Source: Candidatus Hydrogenedentota bacterium
GTDB taxonomy: Bacteria > Hydrogenedentota > Hydrogenedentia > Hydrogenedentales > JAEUWI01
DNA length: 64,000 nucleotides
Direction of reading: 5' to 3'
NCBI GenBank assembly: GCA_034669905.1
Contig: JAXMOL010000026.1
Span: 1 to 64,000 of the forward strand
The position numbers and the translations under genes are program-made. Each line of letters opens with the position of its first letter. The first letter of the stretch is position 1. Shown piece after piece: positions 46,755-58,861 of the stretch. The notes under the pieces were generated by a model. That model was not told the origin of the DNA and ran no database searches. It saw only the letters and a program-made list of their open reading frames with translations.

Positions 46755-47819
46755 TCAGACAGAGTACAACTCATCACGGACACGGCCCGCCGGAAGATTT
46801 CCAGCCAGGCCACGGGCGATAAGGCGAAGATTGACCACCTCGTTGTACTTCATCCAGACATAATCCATCATCACACCCACACCGAAAACATCGTTGCGTG
46901 CGCTCTGACGGACGTTCCGCATCAGAATGCGTTCAAAAAAACGTTCCATGGGAGAGAAGCGCTTCGATTCCAGCAACTGATAGAGTTCTTCTACCAATCG
47001 GGAATAGCGCGTCCGGTCGAGTTGCTCCATGGCCGCAGCGGGGTCAGAGGCATTCGCCATCTGGCGCAGCAGGGCCTTGGGCAACGTGCCCTGGCTCAAA
47101 AACTGGTCTTCCAGGGGGCGATCCAGATCGCCACCCGTTTGAATGTGTTGAAATACCGTCCGAAGATTGATTCGGTCGATTTCTGCCTGCAACTGGGAGT
47201 AGACCATCAGGCTGTCAGAATCGCCGGCCTCTTTCAGCCGTGCTGCATTCTCCACATAGTAGGCCTTGTCCAGCGCTTCTTCGAGCACCGAAAGGTCCTG
47301 CGTTTCCTGATAGGCCGGCAAGGCACCTCGCAACGCGCGGCATAATCCCCGATTCCAGCCAATAAGCCCCTGTACCAGTGATTCCATGGAATCGGACGTG
47401 CTCAATTCCTTAAGAATCGGCGGCGTCAGGTTGGGGCCAGGCATCAGGGCTGTGCCCACGGATGCGCCATCGAGGTTGTGGTGCTTTAACCGCAACAACG
47501 ATTTGACGGCCATGAGATCCCACCGCCCCAGGAAAAGCTCCACCAACTCGCGGAACTCGCCATGACAACGGCTCAGCAGGGTCTGAAAGGTGGCCACGAG
47601 ATTACGCGACACGGCCTCTTCGACCGCATCGGCGCCTTCGTAGCGCGTCAGTGCTTCCGCCATCTCCGTCCGATAGGACGAATCAAGCAGCGAATCGACC
47701 AACCGCGAAAGATCACCTTGATCCAGCAATTGGTCAACGGACTGCCGCTTGAGGAGATCGGCTTTCATGCCGTGGACGCGTGCGTTGAAGTGAACTACAA
47801 ATGGATCCATATCGGCCAT
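46755..47819 (-). CDS. atpC: V/A-type ATPase subunit C (d-like)
   Basis: NARVHGMKADLL, RWDL..VKSLLR, EIDRINL, EVVNLRLIARG. Confidence 0.9.
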   Translation of the reverse strand: MADMDPFVVHFNARVHGMKADLLKRQSVDQLLDQGDLSRLVDSLLDSSYRTEMAEALTRYEGADAVEEAVSRNLVATFQTLLSRCHGEFRELVELFLGRWDLMAVKSLLRLKHHNLDGASVGTALMPGPNLTPPILKELSTSDSMESLVQGLIGWNRGLCRALRGALPAYQETQDLSVLEEALDKAYYVENAARLKEAGDSDSLMVYSQLQAEIDRINLRTVFQHIQTGGDLDRPLEDQFLSQGTLPKALLRQMANASDPAAAMEQLDRTRYSRLVEELYQLLESKRFSPMERFFERILMRNVRQSARNDVFGVGVMMDYVWMKYNEVVNLRLIARGLAGNLPAGRVRDELYSV

Positions 47820-47822
47820 ATC

Positions 47823-48428
47823 TTATCCTTCCCCGCCCGCAGCAGAATCGGGAAAGAGCCGATTCAGGGCATGCTTCCGCAACGCACCTTCCTGCAACCG
47901 GAAACGGGCAGCAAGGGTGTTGGTGTACCGGAACTTCCTGGCGCGATCCTGGACAGCTACCCCATCGGTCAGGCCCGCGAGGGCTTCAACCGGCAGGTCG
48001 CCATGGCCATTGGATTCAAGCCACTGCTTGCAGTGCTCTACGTGTGCCTCGGGTGCCATTACCACGATGTCCGTCGGGCTGTCGGCCATCAACTCGGCCA
48101 ACAGCGCATTCAGGGTTTCGGGAAACGCGTCGGAGGTCGTGTGGGCCACCAGCGCTTCTTCTACCGTCGCCAACACTTCGTTGGTGATGGTGTCCTTCGT
48201 GGTCAGCGTTACCATGTGGGCTTCCGCTTCCACGCGTTCGCGGGAGCGCGCCGCCATGGCGCTGAGCTCTCCCTCGACCGCAGCAAGCGTGTCGGCCCGA
48301 CGTTGCTCGGCCCGTTGCTGGGCATCTTGTTGGATCTGCGCCGCTTCATCCCGCGCCGCCTGCAAGACATCGGCTTGCTGCGTCGCGATCTGCTGAGACA
48401 TCAGATCCAGAAGAGGGTTGTTTTCCAT
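47823..48428 (-). CDS. atpE: V/A-type ATPase subunit E
   Basis: GGAGG RBS. N-terminal coiled coil, DGVAVQD..YTNTL..R, ends LF. Position after K. Confidence 0.82.
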   Translation of the reverse strand: MENNPLLDLMSQQIATQQADVLQAARDEAAQIQQDAQQRAEQRRADTLAAVEGELSAMAARSRERVEAEAHMVTLTTKDTITNEVLATVEEALVAHTTSDAFPETLNALLAELMADSPTDIVVMAPEAHVEHCKQWLESNGHGDLPVEALAGLTDGVAVQDRARKFRYTNTLAARFRLQEGALRKHALNRLFPDSAAGGEG

Positions 48429-48512
48429 AGGTGATACTGCCGAAAAAACGGCATCCTCCTGGGGGCCAAGTAAAAAAATAGAAGGCGCCGCGAGGGCGCC
48501 GCGAAACACAAC

Positions 48513-48872
48513 TTAGATATTGCCCAGAATCAGGAAGCCAATAACGAAACCAAGTACAACGATGGTTTCGGGAAGGGCAACCAGAATGAGGACGTTGGTG
48601 AAAAGCTCGGGCTTTTCTGCCAGGGCACCGGTACCACCAGCACCGATCGAGGCCTGAGCCCGACCCGTACCCAGCGCAGCACCCAGCAGTGCAAGGCCAG
48701 CGCCCAGGGCGATACCTGCAACACGGATACCTTCACCGATCGACGTAGCGGCTGCATCTCCAGCTCCTGCTACCTCTTCCGCAGCCATAGCCAGGGGGGC
48801 GCAGACGCTCATCAGGACGAGGCCAGCAGCGGAAAGCATGAATGCTTTGCGGAGTGTAGACTTCTTTACCAT
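48513..48872 (-). CDS. atpK: V/A-type ATPase proteolipid subunit K/c (single hairpin with N-terminal signal-like helix)
   Basis: GRAQASIGAGG..AEKPE..LVALPETIVVLG with the ion-binding Glu. Confidence 0.93.
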   Translation of the reverse strand: MVKKSTLRKAFMLSAAGLVLMSVCAPLAMAAEEVAGAGDAAATSIGEGIRVAGIALGAGLALLGAALGTGRAQASIGAGGTGALAEKPELFTNVLILVALPETIVVLGFVIGFLILGNI

Positions 48873-50800
48873 ACCATTTCCTTTCTGAAGGGTTTGTAAC
48901 TTCTGCCTTGGGGTTCGTAGAACTTGGGCAAGAATTCAACAAAGTTAAGTCGCAACGAGTGGATCGTTGGACTGAAAACGCCAATTCCGATATTCAGAAT
49001 GTGTACGCAGGCGGCCGCAGGAATGCCGATGACGAGGCCAATGGTGCCGCCACCCAGCATTTCGGGCATGTCGTTGGCAATCTCAGCGAAGGCAATCGAC
49101 ACCAGACCCAGCGCCATGAGGCGGCTGTAGGAGAAGATGTTTGCCGTCAGGCCGATGATTTCCATGATGCCCATGGGAGCCATAACGCCCATGCCGCGCC
49201 AGAGGTAGTAGAGGCCGGCGCCAAAGATGATGGCGGCCAGTCCCAGGCCAGCGGCGGCGCCGAGGGGGAAGAAGCCCGCAGCCGCGGCGAGGGCAATCGG
49301 CAGGGCCGCAAGACCGAGCAGCATGCCGAGTTTTTCTTCCGCGTGCTTGGCATGCCCGTGGGCATAGCCTTCCCGCACACCCAGAATAAGGGAGAGGGGA
49401 ATGTGCACCACACCAAAGAGTATGGACAGGTAAAGCAATTGGTCGGTGTAGTGGACGCGGTGGAAAATAGAGTAGTCACCCACCAGCTGTTCGACCACGT
49501 TGCCGAAGATTTCCCAGTAAATGATACCGAAAACGATAGACGAGACGCCCATCCACTGGAAGATGGTCATGCCATCTTTGAGAATCTGATTGTGGCCCCA
49601 CTTCATCTTCACCAAGGCGCCGATGGCCACAATAATAAGGCCATAGCCGGCGTCACCCAAAACAAAGCCATAGAAGACAATGAAGGAAAGGGCGATGAGC
49701 CAGGTCGGGTCGAAGCTGCCATAGGTCGCCGGTTTCATGAGTTTCATGACCAGCTCGAAGGGCTTGACGATGGGGTTGTTCTGCAGCAGGGTGGGGATGC
49801 GCTCGTGGTCCACATCTTTGTGGGACATCTTCGCCGCAACGGCCTTATCACCAAACTGTTTCTTGCACTCGGCCTCCAGGGCGTCGTAGGAGTCCGAAGG
49901 GACCCAGCCCTGCACGACGCCGACCATTTCGCTCTGGGCGAAGGAGTCTACGACCTGCAATTGGGCCATCCGGTTGCCCACGAGTTGGCTCAGGGCCTCC
50001 ATCGTGGCACCTTCCCGCTCGGAAAGGTTGTCCAGCTGGGACTGTACTTCATCGAGATCGGCCTGCAGGGCTGCGACCCGGGAACCGATCTTCCGCATGA
50101 CCTCGTCAACCGACGTGCCGCGGGCGTCCCGATCGGGACTGGTCAGCACCGTGATGCCCCGGTTTTCCAGGAAGTCCGTCAGGGCCTCGGCCTTGTCTGC
50201 CGGATGGGTAACCACCATTACTTTGCGGTTACGGTCCATTTTCTGGCTGAGGAAGGCGCAGCTCGGGCTGACTTCTGCCACGATGGCCCGCTGGAGCTGC
50301 TCGAGCGCGGCCGCGTCGTAGCCATCGAGGATAATGGCACGGGCTGTTTCGCCCAATACCGCACCCTGTCCAATAAGGAGCGGGGTAATGGATTCCACAA
50401 TACGGCCATAATTCTTCACGACCGCCATATTGTCCTGAATGTTCAGTTTGCGGCGGTGGAGCGTGCGAAGTTCACGGTGCCAGGCCCGGCACTGCTTGAG
50501 GCGGGCGCTGAATGCGGAGTCTTCCAGTTTCTTGCCCGCCGCAATCACATCACTGCGGTTCGGCGACTGGCTCAAGAGGGGAAGGGACTGGGCAAGCAAC
50601 TGGTTGAGTTGTTCCAGCTGCGCCAGTTCCGCTTTTTCGGATTCCGGAAGGTGTACACGGTGCAGGAAACCGGGATGGTTTTCAAGCGCCAGTGACACTT
50701 CTTCTACGTGCATGGCGCCAAACTGCTGGAGCAAGGGCACCATAGCGTGCAACTCGGAGCGTAGACATACGATTTCTACTCGGTCCATTGGGGCGATCAT
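48866..50800 (-). CDS. atpI: V/A-type ATPase subunit I (a)
   Basis: PTLLQN, DPT, GDAGYG, SYSRLMALG, IHSLRLNFVEFLPKFY. Confidence 0.94.
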   Translation of the reverse strand: MIAPMDRVEIVCLRSELHAMVPLLQQFGAMHVEEVSLALENHPGFLHRVHLPESEKAELAQLEQLNQLLAQSLPLLSQSPNRSDVIAAGKKLEDSAFSARLKQCRAWHRELRTLHRRKLNIQDNMAVVKNYGRIVESITPLLIGQGAVLGETARAIILDGYDAAALEQLQRAIVAEVSPSCAFLSQKMDRNRKVMVVTHPADKAEALTDFLENRGITVLTSPDRDARGTSVDEVMRKIGSRVAALQADLDEVQSQLDNLSEREGATMEALSQLVGNRMAQLQVVDSFAQSEMVGVVQGWVPSDSYDALEAECKKQFGDKAVAAKMSHKDVDHERIPTLLQNNPIVKPFELVMKLMKPATYGSFDPTWLIALSFIVFYGFVLGDAGYGLIIVAIGALVKMKWGHNQILKDGMTIFQWMGVSSIVFGIIYWEIFGNVVEQLVGDYSIFHRVHYTDQLLYLSILFGVVHIPLSLILGVREGYAHGHAKHAEEKLGMLLGLAALPIALAAAAGFFPLGAAAGLGLAAIIFGAGLYYLWRGMGVMAPMGIMEIIGLTANIFSYSRLMALGLVSIAFAEIANDMPEMLGGGTIGLVIGIPAAACVHILNIGIGVFSPTIHSLRLNFVEFLPKFYEPQGRSYKPFRKEMVW

Positions 50801-50815
50801 AGAAAGGCCTTTTCT

Positions 50816-51139
50816 TTAGTCGGTGCCAGGTAAAATGCGGGCAATAATTTCGTCACGTACGGCGGAAGTCATGCTGGCAGAAGTCGTTCGAATCTGCTCA
50901 ACCTTGGCGGCCGTTTCCTTCTGGATGGCATCGCGCTCGGCGTCCCGACGCTGTGCGGCTTCCCGCCGCAAGGTCGCAACTTCGGCGTCCAGTTTGGAGT
51001 TGGTGTCCTGGAGAAGGGCAGCACCCTCAGCATGGGCGGCTTCGACAATCTGCCGTGCCTCTTCACGCGTGGTGTTCAGCTCGTCCATCAGCGCACGCTC
51101 ATGCGTCGCGACAGTTTCGAGTAGTGATTCTGAAGCCAT
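50816..51139 (-). CDS. V/A-type ATPase peripheral-stalk subunit G/H
   Basis: 107-aa coiled coil (EEARQIVEAA), first gene of the operon. Confidence 0.78.
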   Translation of the reverse strand: MASESLLETVATHERALMDELNTTREEARQIVEAAHAEGAALLQDTNSKLDAEVATLRREAAQRRDAERDAIQKETAAKVEQIRTTSASMTSAVRDEIIARILPGTD

Positions 51140-52260
51140 AATCGGTCAGTAGCTCCGTAAGGGGGTAGAACGCGTCAGATTAATGTGGGATAGTGGGTCC
51201 ATATTGATCTGGAGTGATACCACACCAAGCGTACCCATGCATCACAGATACGCTCCCACACAAACAGCCCTGATCATGCCAAAAGTGAGCGTGACCAGTC
51301 AAGCAAGGGGCGGTCTTTTTTCCTGCTTTCGGAAGCTTTCTTTGGGCCGGAAGGGTGGGCGTGTGGGTTTGTGTTGGTATTGGGTTGTCGCCCCGACCGT
51401 GCCTGCCTGCACGCGGCGTGGTGGCCCTTCCGACATACCCGCGAAATCGTTTTATGGTGTCAAGAATCCGCGCAGGACATGCCCCTCAATACCGATTGGG
51501 TCGTCCAGGGGCGCTGTATCCTTGTCCGCTGCGGGCGAGATGTTTGGGGAGCCCCTGGCAAGGTTGTTTGCAGCACGTTCTCCAGCGTGTCCAGCTAAAT
51601 GCAGGAGTGGCCGGGATGTCCCCGTCATTCGCGGGATGTTCATGCGCTTATCTCTCCCCCCTCGCGTGGGGCTGCAGAAAGTGCGGGATTGAAATGGGTG
51701 CTTTCCACGAATGGGTCATCCCGCGACGGTGGAAGTGCACGCGGGGTTGTTACCTTTATATTATGCAACCCCATGTTGTTTAGCGCGCTTAACTATTTTC
51801 TGGTCTTGTAAACCCCAAAAACTTCAATGATCGGCTTGATTCGCAACGCAGCAAAGGTGTATAAATACGCCAATTCCGCGCAGGTGGTGGCAAGTTGGTG
51901 GCGATTCTTCGCAGGCGCGGTTTGGTGGGAACAGCATTGCGTGTAGGGCCAAGTGCGAATTGGCCTGGCGAGGTAATATTCGGCCCTCAGGTCGAATCGT
52001 AGCGAAACGTCGTTCCCCGGCGTATAAAGCGATTGGCTAGCCGGGGTAAGCCGAATGTGACGTAGCAGATTGCTTCATTGCAGCAACTCCAGCACTTGCT
52101 TGGGGTATACCGAGACGGGTTACTCACCCACATACCAACAAGCGATAATTGGACTAGAACCAACCACAAACCCCCTGACATCGTCGGAGTTGCCTTGGTA
52201 ACTGTTGCCCCGGGCAGGCAGTGTCTCACTGAAGGTTGGTGGTAGAAAAGGAATTGATTC

Positions 52261-52926
52261 GTGGCTCAAGTGTTTCATCGCAGTGCCAACGTACTCGCCC
52301 GAGCCAGTATTATTGGCGGGGGCCTGGCGGCAGTAGCGATTGTGTCCATCGCGGCGGTTGTGTATCGGTCGCCCGTGGTGACCCAGGTGGATATTGCCAA
52401 AGCGCAGCCCATCCCCTTCAGTCATCAGCGTCACGTGGGTGCCAATGGCATTGACTGTCGTTATTGTCACACCTCGGTGGAAAAGAGCGGCGTGGCCAAC
52501 GTGCCCCCTACCGAGACGTGCATGACCTGTCACTCCCAGGTGCTCACCGATGCCCCCATGCTTCAGCCGGTGCACGAGAGCTGGAAGACGGGCAAGCCCA
52601 TCGAGTGGACCCGGGTCTATGACCTGCCTGACTTTGTGTATTTCGACCACAGCATCCACGTTGCCAAGGGTATTGGCTGCACCACCTGCCACGGTGAGAT
52701 TCAGAAAATGCCCCTTACGTGGAAGGCCAACACGCTGCACATGGCTTGGTGTCTTGAATGTCACCGCGCGCCCGAGAAGTTCATTCGTCCAAAGAGTGAA
52801 GTTTTCAATGTGGACTGGAAGCCTGCGGGTGATGATAGCGAACGCCTCGAAGAAGGCCGGAAGCTGGTTAAAGAATACAACGTGAATGTTGAGCAGCTTA
52901 CCAACTGCTCCATTTGTCACCGTTAG
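52261..52926 (+). CDS. actA: Alternative complex III pentaheme cytochrome c subunit
   Basis: TM anchor, QPIPFSH, five CxxCH (CRYCH, CMTCH, CTTCH, CLECH, CSICH). Confidence 0.93.
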   Translation: MAQVFHRSANVLARASIIGGGLAAVAIVSIAAVVYRSPVVTQVDIAKAQPIPFSHQRHVGANGIDCRYCHTSVEKSGVANVPPTETCMTCHSQVLTDAPMLQPVHESWKTGKPIEWTRVYDLPDFVYFDHSIHVAKGIGCTTCHGEIQKMPLTWKANTLHMAWCLECHRAPEKFIRPKSEVFNVDWKPAGDDSERLEEGRKLVKEYNVNVEQLTNCSICHR

Positions 52927-52940
52927 TAATGGGAAACATT

Positions 52941-55900
52941 ATGAGCCCCAAAGACTTACAGAATACTGCGACCGACCAGGAGGTGCCAGCTTCCATGTCT
53001 TCCAGCCAGGAAAACGGCTATTGGCGCCACGCCAACGATCTTGATGGCTCGGTGGCCGCCGACGATACCCATCATCAGGAGTTCGACCTCGCGAATCCAG
53101 ATACACTGGATCACGCCGGACGTCGAAACTTCATGAAGGTCATGGGTGCTTCCATGATGTTGGCCGGCCTTACCAGCTGTGCGCGTCAGCCAGAAGAAAA
53201 GATCGTACCTTACGTCAAGCCGCCCGAAGAAGCTGTGCCGGGTCGTTTTGGTTATTACGCGAGCGCTGTTTCCATGGCCGGCTACGGTTTGGGTGTGGTG
53301 GCAACGAGTTTTGAAGGGCGTCCCACGAAAATTGAGGGCCTCGCAGAGCATCCGGCCTCCCTGGGCGCGACCGACAGCCACGCACAGGCATCCATCCTGG
53401 ACCTCTATTCCCCCAACCGTCTCGAGAGCATTTCGCACGCGGGCACCATGGGGACCTGGAACCAGTTTGTGGCCGACATTGCCCGGGTTATGGGTGATAT
53501 AGACAGTGCTGCGGGTGCGGGACTGACCATTCTCACGGAAACGGTGACCTCGCCCACGATTCAGTGGCAGATGGCCCGTTTGATGCAGCTTTTCCCCGAA
53601 ATGAAGTGGCGCGAGCACGATCCGATGGGTCGGAACAATACCCGCATGGGTGCCCTTCAGGCCTTCGGCGAGTACACCGAAACCAAGATTGACTTCACGA
53701 AAGCGAAGACGATTCTTTCGCTCGATGCCAATTTCCTCGTTGAGGGTCCGGCCCATGTGCGTTATGCCCGCGACTTCGCCATAACCCGCAGCGCGTCGGC
53801 AACTGCCGATGCCGCCGACTACGAAGCGCGCGAGCATTTTTCCCACGACGAAATGAGCCGCCTCTATGTGGCTGAGTGCACGCCAACCCTTACGGGTGCG
53901 GCCGCTGACCACCTCCAGGTTCTGCGCTTCCCGCTCGTTGAGACGCTGGCGCGCGTTGTGGCTTCCCGTCTTGGTGTGGCCGGAGTCGCCGCCAATGCCG
54001 ATAATGCAGCCCAGCTCGATACGGCCTGGGTTGATGCGCTGGTAGAAGATCTCAGCCATAGCAACGGTCACGCCGTTGTGGTGGCCGGTGAATCCCAGCC
54101 GCCTGTAGTTCATGCCCTGGCCCACGCCATCAACGCTGCGCTGGGCGCGGTGGAGTCCGGTCTGGTGACCTATATTGACTCCCCCGAAGCAGACCCGACC
54201 GATCAGGATGCGTCCCTCGGTAAACTTGTTGATGACCTGAACAACGACCAGGTGAAACTTTTGATTGTGTTGGGCGGTAACCCCGTCTACAACACACCAG
54301 GTAGCGTGGACGTGGCAGCTGCCATGGCGAAGGCGGGCCTTCGGGTGCACCTGACCAGTGAGCAGAACGAAACGTCGGAGCATTGCCACTGGGTAATCCC
54401 CGAATCCCACGCCCTTGAGAGCTGGGGTGACATTCGTGCCTATGACGGTACCCATTCGATTGTTCAGCCCCTGATTCGCCCGCTGTACAACAGCAAGACG
54501 GCCAGTCAGATTCTTGCGGTATTGCTCGATGAGGGTTCCGCCGTCAGTGACTATGATATTGTTCGTGCAGGCTTTGATGCGAAAAACGGCGTCTTGGCCG
54601 AAGCGAAATGGCGTAAGGCCCTCAGTGTCGGTGTTGTGGAAGATTCGGCCTTCCCCGCCAAGTCGGTCTCGCTCCGCGGAAGCTTTCCTGAAGAGGCGCC
54701 CTTGCCCTCGGCAGAAGGGCTTGAGCTTCATTTCCGCTTGGACCCCAACATCGGTGACGGACGTCACGCCAGCAATGGTTGGTTGCAGGAGCTGCCCAAG
54801 CCGCTCACCCGCCTCACCTGGGACAATGCCCTTCACATCCACCCGACGACCGCCAAAGAGCGCGAGTTGGAGCAGGAAGATGTGGTTATCATCAAGGTGG
54901 GCGACCGGGAAGTGCGCGCCGCTGTCATGCTGATGTTTGGCCATCCTAAAGGGGCGGCCACCCTGCACCTCGGCTACGGCCGTCAGGTGGCTGGTTACAT
55001 CGGTAAAGATCGCGGATTCAATGCCTTTACCTTGCAGGACGTGAATTCCCGCTACTACATCGGTGCCGGCGTTACCCTCGCCAAAACAGGCCGTAACTAT
55101 CTGCTGGCCCGTACCGAAGAGCACAACAATATTGAGAAAAGCCTCCAGACGCAGGCCCAGAAGGCCGAAGATCGCCATCTGATTCGTGCGAATACCCTGG
55201 AGAACTACAAGGCCCATCCCGATTTCGCCCAGCACATGGGGCATCATGCGCCGTCCCGCGAGAACACGCTGTACAATCCGGATGAAAAAGACTATGCCGG
55301 CCTTTCCTGGGGCATGACCATCGACCTGAACCGTTGTAACGGTTGCGGCGTCTGTACGGTGGCCTGCCAGGCAGAAAACAATATCCCCATCGTGGGTAAG
55401 CAGGAAGTCAGCAAAGGCCGCGAAATGCACTGGATTCGTGTCGACCGCTACTACAAAGGCGACATGTACAACGATAGTGTGGAAGCGGCCCACCAGCCTG
55501 TTCCCTGCATGCAGTGCGAAAATGCGCCCTGCGAACCGGTTTGCCCGGTCGGTGGCACCATGCACAGCGCCGAGGGTCTCAACGATATGATTTACAATCG
55601 TTGCGTAGGTACCCGTTATTGCGCGAACAACTGCCCCTACAAGGTCCGTCGTTTCAACTTCTTCCACTATCAGATCCGGGAAGAGCAGGATGCGCCCCAA
55701 CTGAAGATGATGCGCAATCCCAACGTGACCGTCCGTAGTCGTGGTGTCATGGAAAAATGCACCTACTGCGTGCAGCGCATTAACCGCGCCCGCATCGACG
55801 CGAAGGTCGCCGCTTCCAAAGTGGGAGGCGAGACCGTCGTCCCCGACGGCACCCTCGTTACCGCCTGTCAGGCGGCCTGCCCTTCGCAGGCCATCGACTT

Positions 55901-56078
55901 TGGCAACATCAACGACCCGTCAAGCCGCGTGTCGTTGCGCAAACAGAATCCCCGCGATTATGGCCTGCTGGCCGATATCGGCACCCGTCCCCGTACGACT
56001 TACCTGGCGAAGTTGCAGAACCCGTCTCCCGCGTTGGCAGGAACGGATGCGCACGCCGAAGCACATTCGGAGCACTAA
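52941..56078 (+). CDS. actB: Alternative complex III ActB (molybdopterin-oxidoreductase-like + Fe-S domain)
   Basis: YWR, RRNFMK Tat motif, EGRPTKIEG, CNGCGVCTVAC, CMQCENAPCEPVCP, CVGTRYCANNCP, CTYC. Start could also be 52929. Confidence 0.93.
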   Translation: MSPKDLQNTATDQEVPASMSSSQENGYWRHANDLDGSVAADDTHHQEFDLANPDTLDHAGRRNFMKVMGASMMLAGLTSCARQPEEKIVPYVKPPEEAVPGRFGYYASAVSMAGYGLGVVATSFEGRPTKIEGLAEHPASLGATDSHAQASILDLYSPNRLESISHAGTMGTWNQFVADIARVMGDIDSAAGAGLTILTETVTSPTIQWQMARLMQLFPEMKWREHDPMGRNNTRMGALQAFGEYTETKIDFTKAKTILSLDANFLVEGPAHVRYARDFAITRSASATADAADYEAREHFSHDEMSRLYVAECTPTLTGAAADHLQVLRFPLVETLARVVASRLGVAGVAANADNAAQLDTAWVDALVEDLSHSNGHAVVVAGESQPPVVHALAHAINAALGAVESGLVTYIDSPEADPTDQDASLGKLVDDLNNDQVKLLIVLGGNPVYNTPGSVDVAAAMAKAGLRVHLTSEQNETSEHCHWVIPESHALESWGDIRAYDGTHSIVQPLIRPLYNSKTASQILAVLLDEGSAVSDYDIVRAGFDAKNGVLAEAKWRKALSVGVVEDSAFPAKSVSLRGSFPEEAPLPSAEGLELHFRLDPNIGDGRHASNGWLQELPKPLTRLTWDNALHIHPTTAKERELEQEDVVIIKVGDREVRAAVMLMFGHPKGAATLHLGYGRQVAGYIGKDRGFNAFTLQDVNSRYYIGAGVTLAKTGRNYLLARTEEHNNIEKSLQTQAQKAEDRHLIRANTLENYKAHPDFAQHMGHHAPSRENTLYNPDEKDYAGLSWGMTIDLNRCNGCGVCTVACQAENNIPIVGKQEVSKGREMHWIRVDRYYKGDMYNDSVEAAHQPVPCMQCENAPCEPVCPVGGTMHSAEGLNDMIYNRCVGTRYCANNCPYKVRRFNFFHYQIREEQDAPQLKMMRNPNVTVRSRGVMEKCTYCVQRINRARIDAKVAASKVGGETVVPDGTLVTACQAACPSQAIDFGNINDPSSRVSLRKQNPRDYGLLADIGTRPRTTYLAKLQNPSPALAGTDAHAEAHSEH

Positions 56079-56086
56079 TCTGAGTT

Positions 56087-57472
<1,386 letters not shown>

Positions 57473-57518
57473 GGTCTCTGGACCCGGTGAAACCTTAACC
57501 TGAGGAATAGTAAAGAAA

Positions 57519-58076
57519 ATGTCAGCACACGGACATGAAGACGACACGCCGAAAGTGCACGGGCTCATCGCCGAATTTGACGATCCCGAAACACTGGTAA
57601 AGGCGACGACCAAGGCCCATGAAGCGGGATACCGCACCATGGACGCCTATTCGCCCTTTCCCATTCACGGCCTCGCAGAAGCGATGGGTGTCCGGAAGAC
57701 CTATGTCTCCCTCGTGACACTCATTGGTGGCCTGACCGGTACGGCGACGGGATTTGGTATGCAGTGGTTTGCTTCGGTGAAGCATTACCCCTACAGCATC
57801 GGTGGCAAGCCGCTTAACAGCTGGCCGGCCTTCATGCCCATTACCTTCGAGTTGACCATTCTCTTTGCGGCCTTCTCGGCACTGGGCAGTATGTTGCTGT
57901 TTAACGGCCTGCCCCGCCCGCATCACCCCATTTTCAATGCCAAGCGGTTTGAGCGCGCGTCTAGCGATGGTTTCTTCCTCTGCATTGAAGAAACCGATGC
58001 CCAATATGATACCGATCAGACCAAGGCATTCCTCGAAGGCCTTGGCCCTGTGGAAGTCTCTGAAGTACTGGAATAA
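57519..58076 (+). CDS. actD: Alternative complex III ActD
   Basis: AEFDDP, DAYSPFPIHGL, GGKP..SWPAFMPITFELTIL. Confidence 0.92.
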   Translation: MSAHGHEDDTPKVHGLIAEFDDPETLVKATTKAHEAGYRTMDAYSPFPIHGLAEAMGVRKTYVSLVTLIGGLTGTATGFGMQWFASVKHYPYSIGGKPLNSWPAFMPITFELTILFAAFSALGSMLLFNGLPRPHHPIFNAKRFERASSDGFFLCIEETDAQYDTDQTKAFLEGLGPVEVSEVLE

Positions 58077-58135
58077 GAAAACCGGAACCGCGCCCGCCAC
58101 AAGTGTTACGGCGGCGGAAAAACAAGTTGGATCTG

Positions 58136-58861
58136 ATGAATAAATCCATGAACAACATAGCGGCCCGCTACTGGGAAGCCAACAAAGCCCTGCTTGCGTT
58201 GGTAACGGTATACAGTTTTGTATTGCTCGGCTGCCATCCCGACATGTGGAATCAGGCCCGCTACGAAGCATTGGAGAAGAACACCTTCTTTGCGGATAGC
58301 GCAGCAGATCGGCTTCCCGTGGAAAACACGATCGCCTATGACGGCGCCCGGCGCGCCTGGGTAGACCCCGTGTTTGAAACGTTGACCGGCAGTCCCGAGG
58401 TGCCCAGTGTGCTGGATGATGTCTTCCGCACCGGGTATGAGGGCGATGCGCTTAAGGCCGACAACTATTTCGAAGTGACCTTGCCCCTCCTCAAGCGTGG
58501 GCAGGAACGTTTCAATGCCATTTGCTCCCACTGTCATGGTGAGGGTGGCTACGGCAACGGCCTCATCGTCCAGCGCGGATTTCCGGCCCCGTCCAGCTTT
58601 CATATCGATCGCCTGCGGGAAGTGGAAGATGGGTACATCGTAGACGTTATCCGGAATGGTTTCGGGCGCATGTACAGTTATGCCGCCCGGGTATCGCCGG
58701 AAGATCGTTGGGCCATCGCGGCCTACATTCGCGCGTTGCAGCACAGCCAGAATGTGCCGACCGATACGCTCGACGAGAATGAACAACAGGAATTGGACAA
58801 AGCACTGAATCCGGCAACGGAAGCAGTAGACAATCACGTGGCGGACCCCAATGCTCACTGA
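58136..58861 (+). CDS. actE: Alternative complex III ActE monoheme cytochrome c lipoprotein
   Basis: Lipobox LLGC, DM..Q, CSHCH, DRWAIAAYIRALQ. Start 58136 or 58148. Confidence 0.9.
   Translation: MNKSMNNIAARYWEANKALLALVTVYSFVLLGCHPDMWNQARYEALEKNTFFADSAADRLPVENTIAYDGARRAWVDPVFETLTGSPEVPSVLDDVFRTGYEGDALKADNYFEVTLPLLKRGQERFNAICSHCHGEGGYGNGLIVQRGFPAPSSFHIDRLREVEDGYIVDVIRNGFGRMYSYAARVSPEDRWAIAAYIRALQHSQNVPTDTLDENEQQELDKALNPATEAVDNHVADPNAH

Noticed and set aside
43040..50695. Long plus-strand ORFs opposite the ATPase genes (423, 545, 595 aa)
   Set aside because: Antisense open frames caused by GC-rich codon bias.
51183..51811. Overlapping ORFs in the ATPase/ACIII intergenic region
   Set aside because: Arg/Pro/Cys-rich, no motifs, no clear RBS, mutually overlapping.
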